Assembly (NCBI GenBank): GCA_963976575.1
Contig: CAXBMV010000001.1
Location: forward strand, 1 to 37,295
Origin: an uncultured Gammaproteobacteria bacterium
GTDB lineage: Bacteria; Pseudomonadota; Gammaproteobacteria; GCA-001735895
DNA length: 37,295 nucleotides
Reading direction: 5' to 3'
Positions 10,768-20,279 of the stretch are shown here, one piece after another. The notes beneath the pieces are model-generated. The model made no database searches, was not told the DNA's origin, and saw only the letters and a list, made by a program, of their open reading frames with translations. Both the position numbers and the translations under genes were made by a program. Every line of letters begins with the position of its first letter. Positions within the stretch are counted from its first letter, which is position 1.

Positions 10768-11395
10768 ATTCCTCGGATGTTTGTTATGCCTCTTTTGCAA
10801 CTTCGCTGCTGCCGGTTGGACCGGGGTGAGCGTCACCCTGGGTGAAAGCACTTCGGACTGGCAGTTTGGCGGTGAAAAACGTGAAGCCCGTAGTGGCTGG
10901 GTAGCCCTGCAAATCGAGGAAAAATCGGCCAGCGAGCTGCGCATCGGCGCCAGTATCGGCCATTCCAGCCTGCGAGTGGCGGCCAGCAGTCCGTTGAATA
11001 CACAAAAATTCGATACCCAGTTTGTCGGTGTCTACCTGCGTCAACCAGTCAGGCTGAGCGATCATATCTCACTGGAGGGTCTTTTTTCCTACCATTACAA
11101 TAGCGGCAGAAATAACGATGAAATGAACAGCTTCGAAGTGGATTGGAGCGAGACCCGGCTGCAACTCGGCCTCAGCGCCAGGTTCGCAAACATCAGGATC
11201 ACGCCTTTCATTGCCTATAACCACGTCGATGGCGATATCGACAGCAGCGCAGGCATCGAAATTTTCGAGCTGGACGAGCCGCAAAGCAGCGGTATTCGTT
11301 TTGATTACCTGCTAGAGCCTAGTGCTTTCGTGCGTTTTGAGTTTCAGTCGGGGGCCAACGAGGGCGGTTTCCTGTCTTTTGTAAGGCAGTATTAA
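10757..11395 (+). CDS. small outer-membrane beta-barrel protein
   Basis: 212 aa with a signal peptide, alternating hydrophobic pattern and a C-terminal aromatic residue (..FVRQY). It overlaps the S41 peptidase gene by 11 nt. Confidence 0.6.
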   Translation: MRYRFLGCLLCLFCNFAAAGWTGVSVTLGESTSDWQFGGEKREARSGWVALQIEEKSASELRIGASIGHSSLRVAASSPLNTQKFDTQFVGVYLRQPVRLSDHISLEGLFSYHYNSGRNNDEMNSFEVDWSETRLQLGLSARFANIRITPFIAYNHVDGDIDSSAGIEIFELDEPQSSGIRFDYLLEPSAFVRFEFQSGANEGGFLSFVRQY

Positions 11396-12105
11396 GCGCC
11401 GTTCAGGTAATTGTTTTTTTGCGCGCTGTAAGTTTCTACCAGTTCGTCGATTTTTGCCTGGTCAAATTCACGCAAGCCGCTCAATACCATTTTCTTTTGT
11501 CCACGGCCTACGCGCTCGCCATTACAGCTCAAATCATAATTAAGCGCTACGTCGCCACGTTTGCCGTAGAGGCGGAACAGACTTTCGGAAAGCGTCAGGT
11601 CAACAGAGTCGATGTCCAGGCGGTCCAGCGAAATACGCATATGGTCGTAAATCACCAGCGGTCTTTCGGTGTTGATCATGACGTTGTTCTGTTTCATCAA
11701 GGGTACCAGCACATGCGGAAAGGTATGCCCTGAGAATTCGACGTAGTTTCGCGTCAACGATTCGATCAGTTGTGCATCCCGGGTTTGTGCGCCGTCGGTG
11801 GAGACATCCAGATACTTCTTGTCGTTATCATCGTAAATCGATATCTCACGCGCATTGACCTCGGGTAAGATTAGCGTGGTATCTTCGTTAACCATGCCGG
11901 AAAAAGAAATACCCATGGTCTGGCGTAAACCATAATGGTGGATAATGACCGCAAACAGCAGATCACCCGGAACGCAGAAGCGTTTCGAGTCTTCATCGTG
12001 GATGGTATTGAAATCACCCGCCACTGATTTTGCAAAATCGCTGGCCTGTTGTCGGGTGAAGGTAAGTCTGGATTCTTCCAGGTTGTAGTATTTTTCTAGA
12101 TTCAT
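11392..12105 (-). CDS. conserved hypothetical protein (possibly DUF3581-like)
   Basis: 237-aa clean ORF with core-like composition. The family assignment is from memory only and is weak. Confidence 0.55.
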   Translation of the reverse strand: MNLEKYYNLEESRLTFTRQQASDFAKSVAGDFNTIHDEDSKRFCVPGDLLFAVIIHHYGLRQTMGISFSGMVNEDTTLILPEVNAREISIYDDNDKKYLDVSTDGAQTRDAQLIESLTRNYVEFSGHTFPHVLVPLMKQNNVMINTERPLVIYDHMRISLDRLDIDSVDLTLSESLFRLYGKRGDVALNYDLSCNGERVGRGQKKMVLSGLREFDQAKIDELVETYSAQKNNYLNGA

Positions 12106-12213
12106 TTTTATTCTCGGGTTAACTTCCTGCGGCCCAGAATGCTATCTTAACCCATTTTCCAGAGGGGAAGTAACAAGTGCTTTTGACAGTCTTCGAGACG
12201 GCCCGACCAGATC

Positions 12214-14100
12214 ATGCTCAGTTTCACTAATCTGGCGTTGAGGCGTTCGGCCACGCTGTTATTCAGCGACGTCGATTTCAAGGTGCATAGTCGCCAGAGG
12301 GTTGGTTTGACCGGAGCAAACGGCAGCGGCAAATCGTCGCTGTTTGGTTTGATTCGTGGTGACCTCAGTGTCGATCAGGGCGAATTCAGTATGCCGCGCG
12401 ACTGGGTCATCGCCGAGGTTGCCCAGGAAGCCGACCTGTCTGATCAGGCAGCGATCGAATATGTTATCGATGGAGATCAAGAGCTTCGCCAGGTCGAGGC
12501 CCGCCTGGCGAAGGCCGAGATCAGCCACGACGCGCACGAAATCGCCGCCTGCCACGAGCGTCTGCTGGAAATCGACGGCTACCAGGGAATAAGTCGTGCC
12601 GCGCGCCTGCTCTCCGGACTGGGTTTCAAGGATGGCGATATCCGCCACCCAGTGAAGAGTTTTTCAGGCGGCTGGATCATGCGCCTCAATCTGGCGCGGG
12701 CGCTGATGTGTCGTTCGGACCTGCTGTTGCTCGACGAGCCCACCAACCATCTCGACCTCGACGCGGTGATCTGGCTGGAGCAATGGCTGCGCCAGTACGG
12801 CGGAACCCTGCTGCTGATTTCGCACGACCGCGACTTTCTCGATGCGGTGGTCGAGTGGGTTCTGCATATTGAAAATCAAGCGGTAGACCTGTACCGGGGT
12901 AATTATTCCGCCTTCGAGTTGCAGCGCGCTGAACGCCTCGCGCAGCAGCAGGCCGGTTATCAGAAACAACAGCAAAGCATTGCTCATATGCAGAGTTTCA
13001 TCGATCGCTTCAAGGCCAAGGCGAGCAAGGCGAAGCAGGCGCAAAGCCGCATCAAGGCACTGGAGCGCCTGCAGCTGATCTCCCCGGCGCATATCGATTC
13101 CCCATTTCATTTTGAATTCCGTGCCCCGCTGGCTTTGCCGACTTCGCTACTGAAGCTCGATCAGGTTTCTACCGGCTACGGCGAAATCACCATCCTGTCG
13201 GCGATTAACTTTTCCTTGATACCGGGCGAGCGCATCGGCCTGTTGGGCCTGAATGGCGCCGGTAAGTCGACTTTCATCAAACTGCTCGCCGGGGAATTGC
13301 AGGCCGGTAACGGTAGCATGACGCGGTCGAAGGATTTACGTATTGGCTACTTTGCCCAGCACCAGGTGGAGCAGCTGGATCTGTCTGTTAATGCACTATT
13401 GACCATGCAGCGGCTGGATGCGAACCTGAGCGAACGCGAAATTCGCAGCTATCTGGGTGGATTTAATTTCAGGGGTGAAAAGGTGTTGCAGATTGTTTCC
13501 AGCTTTTCCGGCGGCGAGAAGGCGCGGCTGGTGCTGGCCTTGCTGATCTGGAATCGCCCGAATCTGCTGTTGCTGGACGAGCCGACCAATCACCTCGACC
13601 TGGAAATGCGCCTGGCGTTGAACCAGGCGCTGCAGGGTTTTGACGGCAGCGTCATCCTGGTGTCGCACGACCGCCATCTATTGCGCAGCGTTTGCGACGA
13701 CCTGTGGTTGGTTGATAGCGGTCAATTGCAGCGCTTCGAACAGGATGTAGACGCCTATCCGGCCTGGCTGGCGGGGCGCAAGGCGCGTGGTAGCGATAGT
13801 CCAGGTGATAGCCCGAACGAGAGTATCCCGGCGCTGGATCAGAATGCGCTGCGCAAGCAATTGAGGACGCAGCAAAACCAGCTCAACAAAATCGAAAATG
13901 AAATGAGTAAGTTAAACCGTGTCGACGAGGCCTTGCAGGAGAAGCTGGCGGATAGCAGTATTTACCAGTCAGAAAATCGAGAAGTCCTCGAAAAGACCCT
14001 GGCCGAACAGGCTGAGTTCGCGCGAAAGCTGAAGCAGGCCGAAGAGGACTGGATGAATTTAAGCGAGCAAATCGAAGCCTCGGAACGTCTCGTCGGTTAA
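12214..14100 (+). CDS. yheS: ABC-F family ATPase (YheS-like translation factor)
   Basis: 628 aa with two ABC cassettes: GANGSGKSS / LLLLDEPTNHLD and GLNGAGKST / LLLLDEPTNHLD. It has an inter-domain linker, a C-terminal coiled coil and no TM domain. It is colinear with E. coli YheS as I recall it. Confidence 0.9.
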   Translation: MLSFTNLALRRSATLLFSDVDFKVHSRQRVGLTGANGSGKSSLFGLIRGDLSVDQGEFSMPRDWVIAEVAQEADLSDQAAIEYVIDGDQELRQVEARLAKAEISHDAHEIAACHERLLEIDGYQGISRAARLLSGLGFKDGDIRHPVKSFSGGWIMRLNLARALMCRSDLLLLDEPTNHLDLDAVIWLEQWLRQYGGTLLLISHDRDFLDAVVEWVLHIENQAVDLYRGNYSAFELQRAERLAQQQAGYQKQQQSIAHMQSFIDRFKAKASKAKQAQSRIKALERLQLISPAHIDSPFHFEFRAPLALPTSLLKLDQVSTGYGEITILSAINFSLIPGERIGLLGLNGAGKSTFIKLLAGELQAGNGSMTRSKDLRIGYFAQHQVEQLDLSVNALLTMQRLDANLSEREIRSYLGGFNFRGEKVLQIVSSFSGGEKARLVLALLIWNRPNLLLLDEPTNHLDLEMRLALNQALQGFDGSVILVSHDRHLLRSVCDDLWLVDSGQLQRFEQDVDAYPAWLAGRKARGSDSPGDSPNESIPALDQNALRKQLRTQQNQLNKIENEMSKLNRVDEALQEKLADSSIYQSENREVLEKTLAEQAEFARKLKQAEEDWMNLSEQIEASERLVG

Positions 14101-15536
14101 CTGCCGTAACACTCGCTGACAATGCCGCCCAGGGTAATCAACGCATTCTTGTTGGTTTCGGTCCAGGGGTAGCCACAATTGATGCGGATATAGTTTTTAA
14201 AGCGGCGCGTCGCTGAAAACAGGATTCCCGGGGTGATGCCGATGTCGTGTTCCAGCGCACGATTGAAAATGTCGATGCCGTTACAACCCTTTGGCATTTC
14301 TACCCAGAGCACGTTGCCACCACGCGGGTTGGAGATATAAGTCCCTGGTGGAAAGCATTTTGCAATCATGAAACGACCCTTGTCGATTTGCTCGCCCATC
14401 GACGCGCGCAGCTTGACCAGGTGCCTGTCGTACTGGCCGCTGCTGAGGTATTCGGCCATTGCCATCTGGTTGATCGACGAGGTGGCCGAAGACCAGGCTT
14501 GCTTGTATTCGAGATATTCCTTGTGGTAGCGCCCTGCGAGCACCCAGCCGATGCGGTGTCCCGGTGCCAGCGTTTTAGAAAACGAAGAGCAGCTCAACAC
14601 GATATTGTTGAGATCGTAGGATTTGGCAGGGCGGGGCGCCTTGTCGCCAAAATAGACGCTGCCGTAGACGTCATCCTCAATTAGCGGAATGTCACGTTCT
14701 GCCAGCAGGTTGACCAACTCGCGTTTGCGTTCTTCCGGCATCTGGCAGCCGAGTGGGTTGCTGATGTTCGGCGACGCCAGCACAGCCTTGATTTCCATGG
14801 TATCGAAGGCTTCTTCCAGCGCCTCAAGGCTCAAGCCGGTTTCCGGGTCGGTTTCGATTTCGACCGCGAGCATGCCCATTTTCTCGATCATGCGCAGCAC
14901 CGCAAAATAAGTCGGCGATTCAACCGCGATGATATCGCCGCGCTTGGCCACGGTGCGCAGGCTGATCGACAATGCCTCGGTGGCACCGGAAGTGATGATA
15001 ATATCGTCCGGATTTACGCGGGTATAGTTTGAAGCGTATTGTTGGGCGATTTGCTCGCGCAGCTTCATATCCCCCGGTGGGAAAATATAATCCATGCTTT
15101 TTTGTGGATAGCGACTGATGATGCTGCGTGTGGCGCGAGTCAGTGACTTCACCGGCATGAATTCAATGGAAGGTTTGGCGGTGCCGAAGGGAATGATGCG
15201 CGGGTTGTTGGCATTGCGAAAAATTTCTTCAAACAAATCACCGAAGCGAACGCGGCGCGCGTGGCGTGAGCTCGAGGTCGATTTTGGAATACTGTTTATC
15301 TGCTTCGACAGTGCATTGATGAAAAACCCCGACTGCGGCTTGGCGGTAAGGATTTCCTGGTCTTCGAGGTTGACGTAAGACTGGGTTATGGTGGCGATAC
15401 TGACGCCGAGCTGCTTGCTCAATTTGCGCAATGAAGGTGCTTTGTCGCCGGGCTTGAGGTCACCCTTCTCTATCAATTCGTTGATGTAGCGGGAAACCTG
15501 GTCATATTTGAAGGAATCGGGGCGTGAAACTGTCAT
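14097..15536 (-). CDS. MocR/GabR-type regulator (GntR wHTH fused to fold-type I aminotransferase-like domain)
   Basis: Track ORF 14097..15569 has a TTG start; I prefer the ATG at 15536 (MTVSRPDSF). The N-terminal GntR HTH reads LPSLRKLSKQLGVSIATITQSY. The long PLP-aminotransferase-like body includes SFSKTLAPGHRIGW, a Lys-containing SxSK motif. Confidence 0.85.
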   Translation of the reverse strand: MTVSRPDSFKYDQVSRYINELIEKGDLKPGDKAPSLRKLSKQLGVSIATITQSYVNLEDQEILTAKPQSGFFINALSKQINSIPKSTSSSRHARRVRFGDLFEEIFRNANNPRIIPFGTAKPSIEFMPVKSLTRATRSIISRYPQKSMDYIFPPGDMKLREQIAQQYASNYTRVNPDDIIITSGATEALSISLRTVAKRGDIIAVESPTYFAVLRMIEKMGMLAVEIETDPETGLSLEALEEAFDTMEIKAVLASPNISNPLGCQMPEERKRELVNLLAERDIPLIEDDVYGSVYFGDKAPRPAKSYDLNNIVLSCSSFSKTLAPGHRIGWVLAGRYHKEYLEYKQAWSSATSSINQMAMAEYLSSGQYDRHLVKLRASMGEQIDKGRFMIAKCFPPGTYISNPRGGNVLWVEMPKGCNGIDIFNRALEHDIGITPGILFSATRRFKNYIRINCGYPWTETNKNALITLGGIVSECYGS

Positions 15537-15576
15537 GGTGTCGACCAAACTGTAATGTAGGGATTTCAAAAAAATT

Positions 15577-15599
15577 GTAACTGTTATTGTAACAGTTAC
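15577..15599. promoter_or_regulatory. perfect 10-bp inverted repeat GTAACTGTTA-ttg-TAACAGTTAC, candidate MocR operator
   Basis: Read directly 41 nt upstream of the preferred MocR start. Further TGTAAC/GTTACA half-sites lie at about 15671-15677 and 15685-15690. Confidence 0.45.
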
Positions 15600-15739
15600 G
15601 CCACTAATATTACATTATTGCTGCTTAGGCAGACGGATTGAAAGCTGGCTTCAGGTTGAAACCAGCGAATTGTAACTAAGGTTGGTTACATTGGCTACAA
15701 GTTAAAACCCCCTCCTCCTCCTCAGGTTTTGACTTCTTT

Positions 15740-15773
15740 GCCACCAGATCGAAAGATCTGGTGGCATTTTTTT
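15740..15773 (+). terminator. rho-independent terminator with no annotated upstream gene
   Basis: GCCACCAGATC-GAAA-GATCTGGTGGC forms a perfect 11-bp stem, followed by A and seven T. On the opposite strand the stem is followed by AAAGAAG, so it is functional only on the + strand. Confidence 0.65.
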
Positions 15774-16075
15774 GCCTGCGATTCGGCAAGAGCCTGAATT
15801 GGTCAGGAATGAACACAGGCAAACAGGTTCCGAGCAAGGGGTACAATTCTGACAATGCCCGGGCCACTTGCTTTTTAGTCGCCTCGAAACTATCTGCGGC
15901 CCCAAATGATGCGAAAACTCCAACACGCAACTCTAGTGCGTTGAATCTCCTCAAAGTACTTGTTTGCAGAACCGCTTTTCGGTGCAGTAACACATTGATT
16001 TGACTAGCCGCAACTATAGCCTCGATATAGTCGGGAAACCTAACCTTATAAGGGGTATAGTGGTGTCTCAGTAGA

Positions 16076-16086
16076 CCCCCCCCCCC
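16076..16086. repeat. homopolymeric C tract, 11 nt
   Basis: gtagaCCCCCCCCCCCattt, read directly, 64 nt upstream of the CheB/CheR fusion start codon. Confidence 0.9.
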
Positions 16087-16149
16087 ATTTCACAAGGCGA
16101 TAAATGACATATGCAGCCGATGAAATAAAATTACAAAGGTGGATATGTC

Positions 16150-19146
16150 ATGGAAACTCGGAAACCAACACAAAAGTCACTCGCCAACCGCAAGCAGCCC
16201 ACTAAAATACAACCTGCTGAAAACAAGCAACCTGCCACCGAACATCCTGATGAGATGGGTTTTCCTATCGTTGTGCTTGGCGCTTCGGCTGGTGGACTAG
16301 AAGCTTTTGAGGCTTTTTTCAACACGACATCCGCTGTTTCGGGCATGGCATTTATCCTCATTGCACACCTCGATCCTACCCACATCAGCCTGTTACCCGA
16401 GCTGGTGCAAAAGCGAACCAAAATGCAAGTCCATAAAATAGTGGATGGCACGAAAGTTGAGCCTGACAACGTCTACGTGATTCCGCCGAATAATGACTTA
16501 ACAATCCTCAACGGTATTCTCCAGTTAATGCGTCAATCGCGGCCGCGAGGTGTCAATCTGCCCATCGACATATTTTTTCGTTCGCTTGCGCGCGATCAGG
16601 GTGCCAATGCGATTTGCATTATTCTCTCCGGCACGGGCACCGATGGTACCCTGGGTTTGAAGGCGATCAAGGGCGAAGTGGGCATGGTGATGGTGCAGGA
16701 CGAGGATTCGGCCAAATACGATGGCATGCCAAGAAGTGCGATCGCCACCGGACTTGCCGATTATGTTCTGCCACCCGATCAAATGTTTGCACAATTGCTC
16801 AAATATACCCGTCACAGTTTGCAGGTTGCCGCTCCTTTTAAGTCGAGCATCGAAGGCAATGCTGCAAACGCTTTGCAGAAAATCTACATCTTGCTTCGAA
16901 CACAAACCGACCACGACTTTTCGCTCTACAAAAAGAACACCATTTGCAGGCGCATCGAGCGGCGCATGGCCGTCAATCAAATCGATGATATCAATGAGTA
17001 TGTGCTTTACCTAAAGAACAGTGAGCGCGAAGTAAATATCCTGTTCCAGGAATTATTGATCGGGGTGACCAACTTTTTCAGGGATGCGGAAATGTTCGAC
17101 ACGCTGAGCGAGAAGGTGCTGACTAAATTGCTCGAAGAGAAACCCGATGGTTACACCATTCGAGTATGGGTGGCTGGATGCAGCAGTGGCGAGGAGGCCT
17201 ATTCGCTGGCGATTATTCTGCAGGAGTGCATGTCGCGGATAGATCGCCAGTTTAATGTACAGATCTTTGCCACGGATATCGATGAAGGTGCAATCAACTC
17301 TGCGCGCGCCGGCATCTATCCTGCGAGCATTCAGGCCGATGTTTCGCCAGAGCGCCTTAAACTCCATTTCACCAAGGAAGACGATGGCCAGTTTCGCATC
17401 AAGAAATCGATTCGCGAATCACTGGTATTTGCCTCGCATAATGTCATCAAAGACCCGCCATTTACCAAGCTCGATATTATGTCCTGTCGCAACCTTTTGA
17501 TTTATATGGGGCCTGAGTTGCAGAAAAGATTACTGCCAATTTTTCATTACGGTTTGAAACGGGATGGAATTTTGTTTCTCGGTTCGTCTGAAACCATTGG
17601 CCAGGATGGTGTCGAAATGTTTACAACGCTCGACAGAAAAGGCAAAATTTTTCGTCGCAAGCAAATCGCCGGCATTGGACACAAGATGCAGGACTACCCG
17701 ACTACTCCCGCCCGTCTGGAGATAGAAGTACCGGAAGTATCGGGTAGCATACGGCGCGCAGAAGAGATCAGCGCTTTGCAACTGGTCGAATCAATTCTAC
17801 AACAAAGCAAGGCCCCGCCCTGTGCCGTCATAGATGATGCCTGCAACGTGGTTTACATTCATGGTCGTACTGGTCGTTATCTGGAGCCAGCAGAAGGGAA
17901 AATCAGCGTCAATATCCTGGAAATGGCCCGACCAGGTTTGAAAGTGGTGCTCACCGCAGCAATCCGTAAGGTGGCGTTGAATAAAGAAGAAATTTGTCAC
18001 CGCGATTTGGAGGTTCAATGTGACGAGGACATTATCACCGTGGATTTATTTGTTAAGCCAATTCTGGAGCACAGTATCACGCGCGGGCTGATGATGGTGA
18101 TCTTTGAAGAGAAAAGTCCGTCTGCGTCAAAAAGCCAGAAACAAAATAAGTCGTTGGAAAAGAAGTTAAGTAGTAAAAGCCCCGAAGACATTGAACGCGA
18201 GTTGCTTTATGCCAGAGAAAACCTGCAAATTACGGTGGAGGAGCTGGAGGCATCGAACGAAGAATTAAAATCAACTAATGAGGAGCTGCAAAGCACCAAT
18301 GAAGAATTGCAAAGCACCAACGAAGAAATGGAAACCTCGAAGGAGGAATTGCAGTCACTGAATGAAGAGTCAATTACCGTAAACGCCGAACTACAAAGTC
18401 ACATCGACGAGCTGTCCAAAGCTAACGATGATATGAAAAACCTGCTCGATAGCACCGACATTGCCACCTTGTTTCTGGATAAGGATTTGTGTATTCGCCG
18501 CTTTACACCGGGGACGACTGAAATCATACCGCTGTCACGAGCCGACGTTGGGCGGCCGATTAGCAATTTTTCAAATACTCTGCTCGACACAAACCTGAGC
18601 GAATACGGCAGCAAGGTACTCGATGATCTGGCTATTCGCGAATTGGAGGTAAAATGTCTGGATGGCCGTATTTTTGCGATGAGGGTTCGCCCCTATCGAA
18701 CAATAACCAATTTGATCGATGGCGTTGTTGTCACTTTCGAGGATATTAGCGAGCGCAAGCGCAGCGAACAGATTGTCAATGAAACGGCGTATCGTTACCG
18801 AATTATGTTCGACCTCGCGAGTGACTCGATTGTAATGGTTAATGCAAGAACGGGGGGTATAAAAGAATCAAACCGCAATGCTCGAGAGCGCCTTGGCTAC
18901 TCGCTGGAAGAATTCCAGCAACTGGCGATACAGGATATCGAGGCCGTCGAGAACCCACGTGAAGTGTTGGCGCATTTGGCAAAACTCGTCAGCCAGAGAA
19001 GCGGGTTTTTCGAGACCCGGTACAGGACAAAGACGGCTAAAATTTTAAACGTAGTGGTGAAAGTTCAAGCTTTTACCATCGACCAAGAAAACTTCCTGCT
19101 ATTCGCCTGGCCCCCCGCTGACGAACGTCAGGCTATCTCTGACTGA
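16150..19146 (+). CDS. CheB methylesterase / CheR methyltransferase fusion protein with coiled coil and PAS domains
   Basis: 998 aa. The CheB-like part has VVLGASAGGLEAF and SGTGTDGT. The CheR SAM-binding block is VWVAGCSSGEEAYSLAI. STNEELQ heptad repeats are followed by two PAS-like segments. No output domain follows. Confidence 0.9.
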   Translation: METRKPTQKSLANRKQPTKIQPAENKQPATEHPDEMGFPIVVLGASAGGLEAFEAFFNTTSAVSGMAFILIAHLDPTHISLLPELVQKRTKMQVHKIVDGTKVEPDNVYVIPPNNDLTILNGILQLMRQSRPRGVNLPIDIFFRSLARDQGANAICIILSGTGTDGTLGLKAIKGEVGMVMVQDEDSAKYDGMPRSAIATGLADYVLPPDQMFAQLLKYTRHSLQVAAPFKSSIEGNAANALQKIYILLRTQTDHDFSLYKKNTICRRIERRMAVNQIDDINEYVLYLKNSEREVNILFQELLIGVTNFFRDAEMFDTLSEKVLTKLLEEKPDGYTIRVWVAGCSSGEEAYSLAIILQECMSRIDRQFNVQIFATDIDEGAINSARAGIYPASIQADVSPERLKLHFTKEDDGQFRIKKSIRESLVFASHNVIKDPPFTKLDIMSCRNLLIYMGPELQKRLLPIFHYGLKRDGILFLGSSETIGQDGVEMFTTLDRKGKIFRRKQIAGIGHKMQDYPTTPARLEIEVPEVSGSIRRAEEISALQLVESILQQSKAPPCAVIDDACNVVYIHGRTGRYLEPAEGKISVNILEMARPGLKVVLTAAIRKVALNKEEICHRDLEVQCDEDIITVDLFVKPILEHSITRGLMMVIFEEKSPSASKSQKQNKSLEKKLSSKSPEDIERELLYARENLQITVEELEASNEELKSTNEELQSTNEELQSTNEEMETSKEELQSLNEESITVNAELQSHIDELSKANDDMKNLLDSTDIATLFLDKDLCIRRFTPGTTEIIPLSRADVGRPISNFSNTLLDTNLSEYGSKVLDDLAIRELEVKCLDGRIFAMRVRPYRTITNLIDGVVVTFEDISERKRSEQIVNETAYRYRIMFDLASDSIVMVNARTGGIKESNRNARERLGYSLEEFQQLAIQDIEAVENPREVLAHLAKLVSQRSGFFETRYRTKTAKILNVVVKVQAFTIDQENFLLFAWPPADERQAISD

Positions 19147-19203
19147 TCAACCACGGAGTAATGCTCGACGAGATTCAACATCTCCAACACAGGGAAGACA
19201 CGG

Positions 19204-19488
19204 ATGGACAAAAAAGTGAAAGACTGGCAGCCGCATGTGTCAGACCACGCAAAACTGTGCAGCCGAGCGGGAAAAATGATGGCGTCTGGCAATGCGAATA
19301 ACAAAATTGACTACGCGATGCTAAAGTCGATCAACGAAGTCGGTCAGGTGATGGGCATGAAAACCATCGCAGAATTCGTCGAAAGCGCAGAAATTAAAGG
19401 TATGTTAGAAGCCATCGATGTGAATTACGCGCAGGGTTACGCAATCGGGCAACCCATTGATGTAAAGGCGCTGTTGGCAAGCGGCTAA
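19204..19488 (+). pseudogene. EAL-domain C-terminal remnant
   Basis: The last ~60 aa (MLKSINEVGQVMGMKTIAEFVESAEIKGMLEAIDVNYAQGYAIGQP) match the end of EAL phosphodiesterase domains. The first ~35 aa have no EAL character. At 94 aa it is far too short for a functional EAL domain. Confidence 0.5.
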
Positions 19489-19601
19489 GAAGCCAGTAAC
19501 AAATAACTCTGCTTCTATTGCCGTACTACGAGTGTCGATCGCCTCTGGTGGGTCGCTATTTGCCGCTGTCTGGACTAAATGTGGAAGTCCGTTTTGCGAA
19601 G

Positions 19602-19629
19602 TTGATAGAAAATGGCGCGCTCGGCGGGA
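19602..19629. repeat. 28-bp direct repeat copy A (att-like, contains tRNA acceptor-arm-like sequence)
   Basis: TTGATAGAAAATGGCGCGCTCGGCGGGA is identical to 20762-20789. Confidence 0.85.
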
Positions 19630-19901
19630 TGGATGTGGGCACTGTAATCAGCGCTTAACACTACCAGCATAACGTTAAGCAGACGATCTTTAAGCGGTCA
19701 AAGTTGGTGAAGCTGACGATTTAAGCGCGGACACCCATGAAAGTGAGGCAAGCGTGAATCTTCGGCCACCGGCGGACGCCCGGGTTCAATAAGTTAAACC
19801 CGTAAAGCGAACCAAGGTAACCTTTAAGGTGCTTCAGAGTTCCCTGGAGTTATAAAGGGTACATCAAGACGCAATGAGTTGGTTTATACGCACTAAATTA
19901 A

Positions 19902-20279
19902 TCATAAAGCCACGCCTACTACCAATGCCAAAATAAGGGCTTGCAAAAGCAAAGCAAATCCAATGCCGCCGACTACTGTTACTACGTCAGTCAATGGGTC
20001 GACTCCAGGTGGGGAAACCGGTCTTGTTATCTCGATGATCTCAATGTCTTCGATATTAAAGCTTTCTTCATTACTAAAAACGTAACCATCGGATATCGAA
20101 GTAACCTTTGTATAGTGCTCGATCCCCGATTTTGTCACCAATCGCACTTCATAACCCGGTTTAAGAACTTTAACAATTTCTTCAGTTGTCGAGTTTCCCT
20201 TGACTGGTTGCATCGTTGTGCAAGCAGACAGAGTGAAGATCACCAAAACAGACACTAAAAGATACTTTGCATGTTGCAT
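19902..20279 (-). CDS. small lipoprotein with C-terminal hydrophobic helix
   Basis: Track ORF 19902..20324. The ATG at 20279 gives MQHAKYLLVSVLVIFTLSACTT, a signal peptide plus LSAC lipobox. The C-terminus is GGIGFALLLQALILALVVGVAL. Confidence 0.55.
   Translation of the reverse strand: MQHAKYLLVSVLVIFTLSACTTMQPVKGNSTTEEIVKVLKPGYEVRLVTKSGIEHYTKVTSISDGYVFSNEESFNIEDIEIIEITRPVSPPGVDPLTDVVTVVGGIGFALLLQALILALVVGVAL

Noticed and set aside
15676-16003. ORFs 15676..15993 (-), 15702..15926 (-) and 15761..16003 (+) in the MocR-CheB/CheR intergenic region
   Set aside because: They overlap one another, have no RBS or recognisable motifs, and span a strong +-strand terminator hairpin. I treat the region as noncoding.
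18230-18380. Nucleotide and peptide repeat STNEELQ/STNEELK in the CheB/CheR fusion
   Set aside because: This heptad-like coiled-coil linker is a regular feature of CheB-CheR-PAS fusion proteins, as I recall the family. It is not an independent repeat element.
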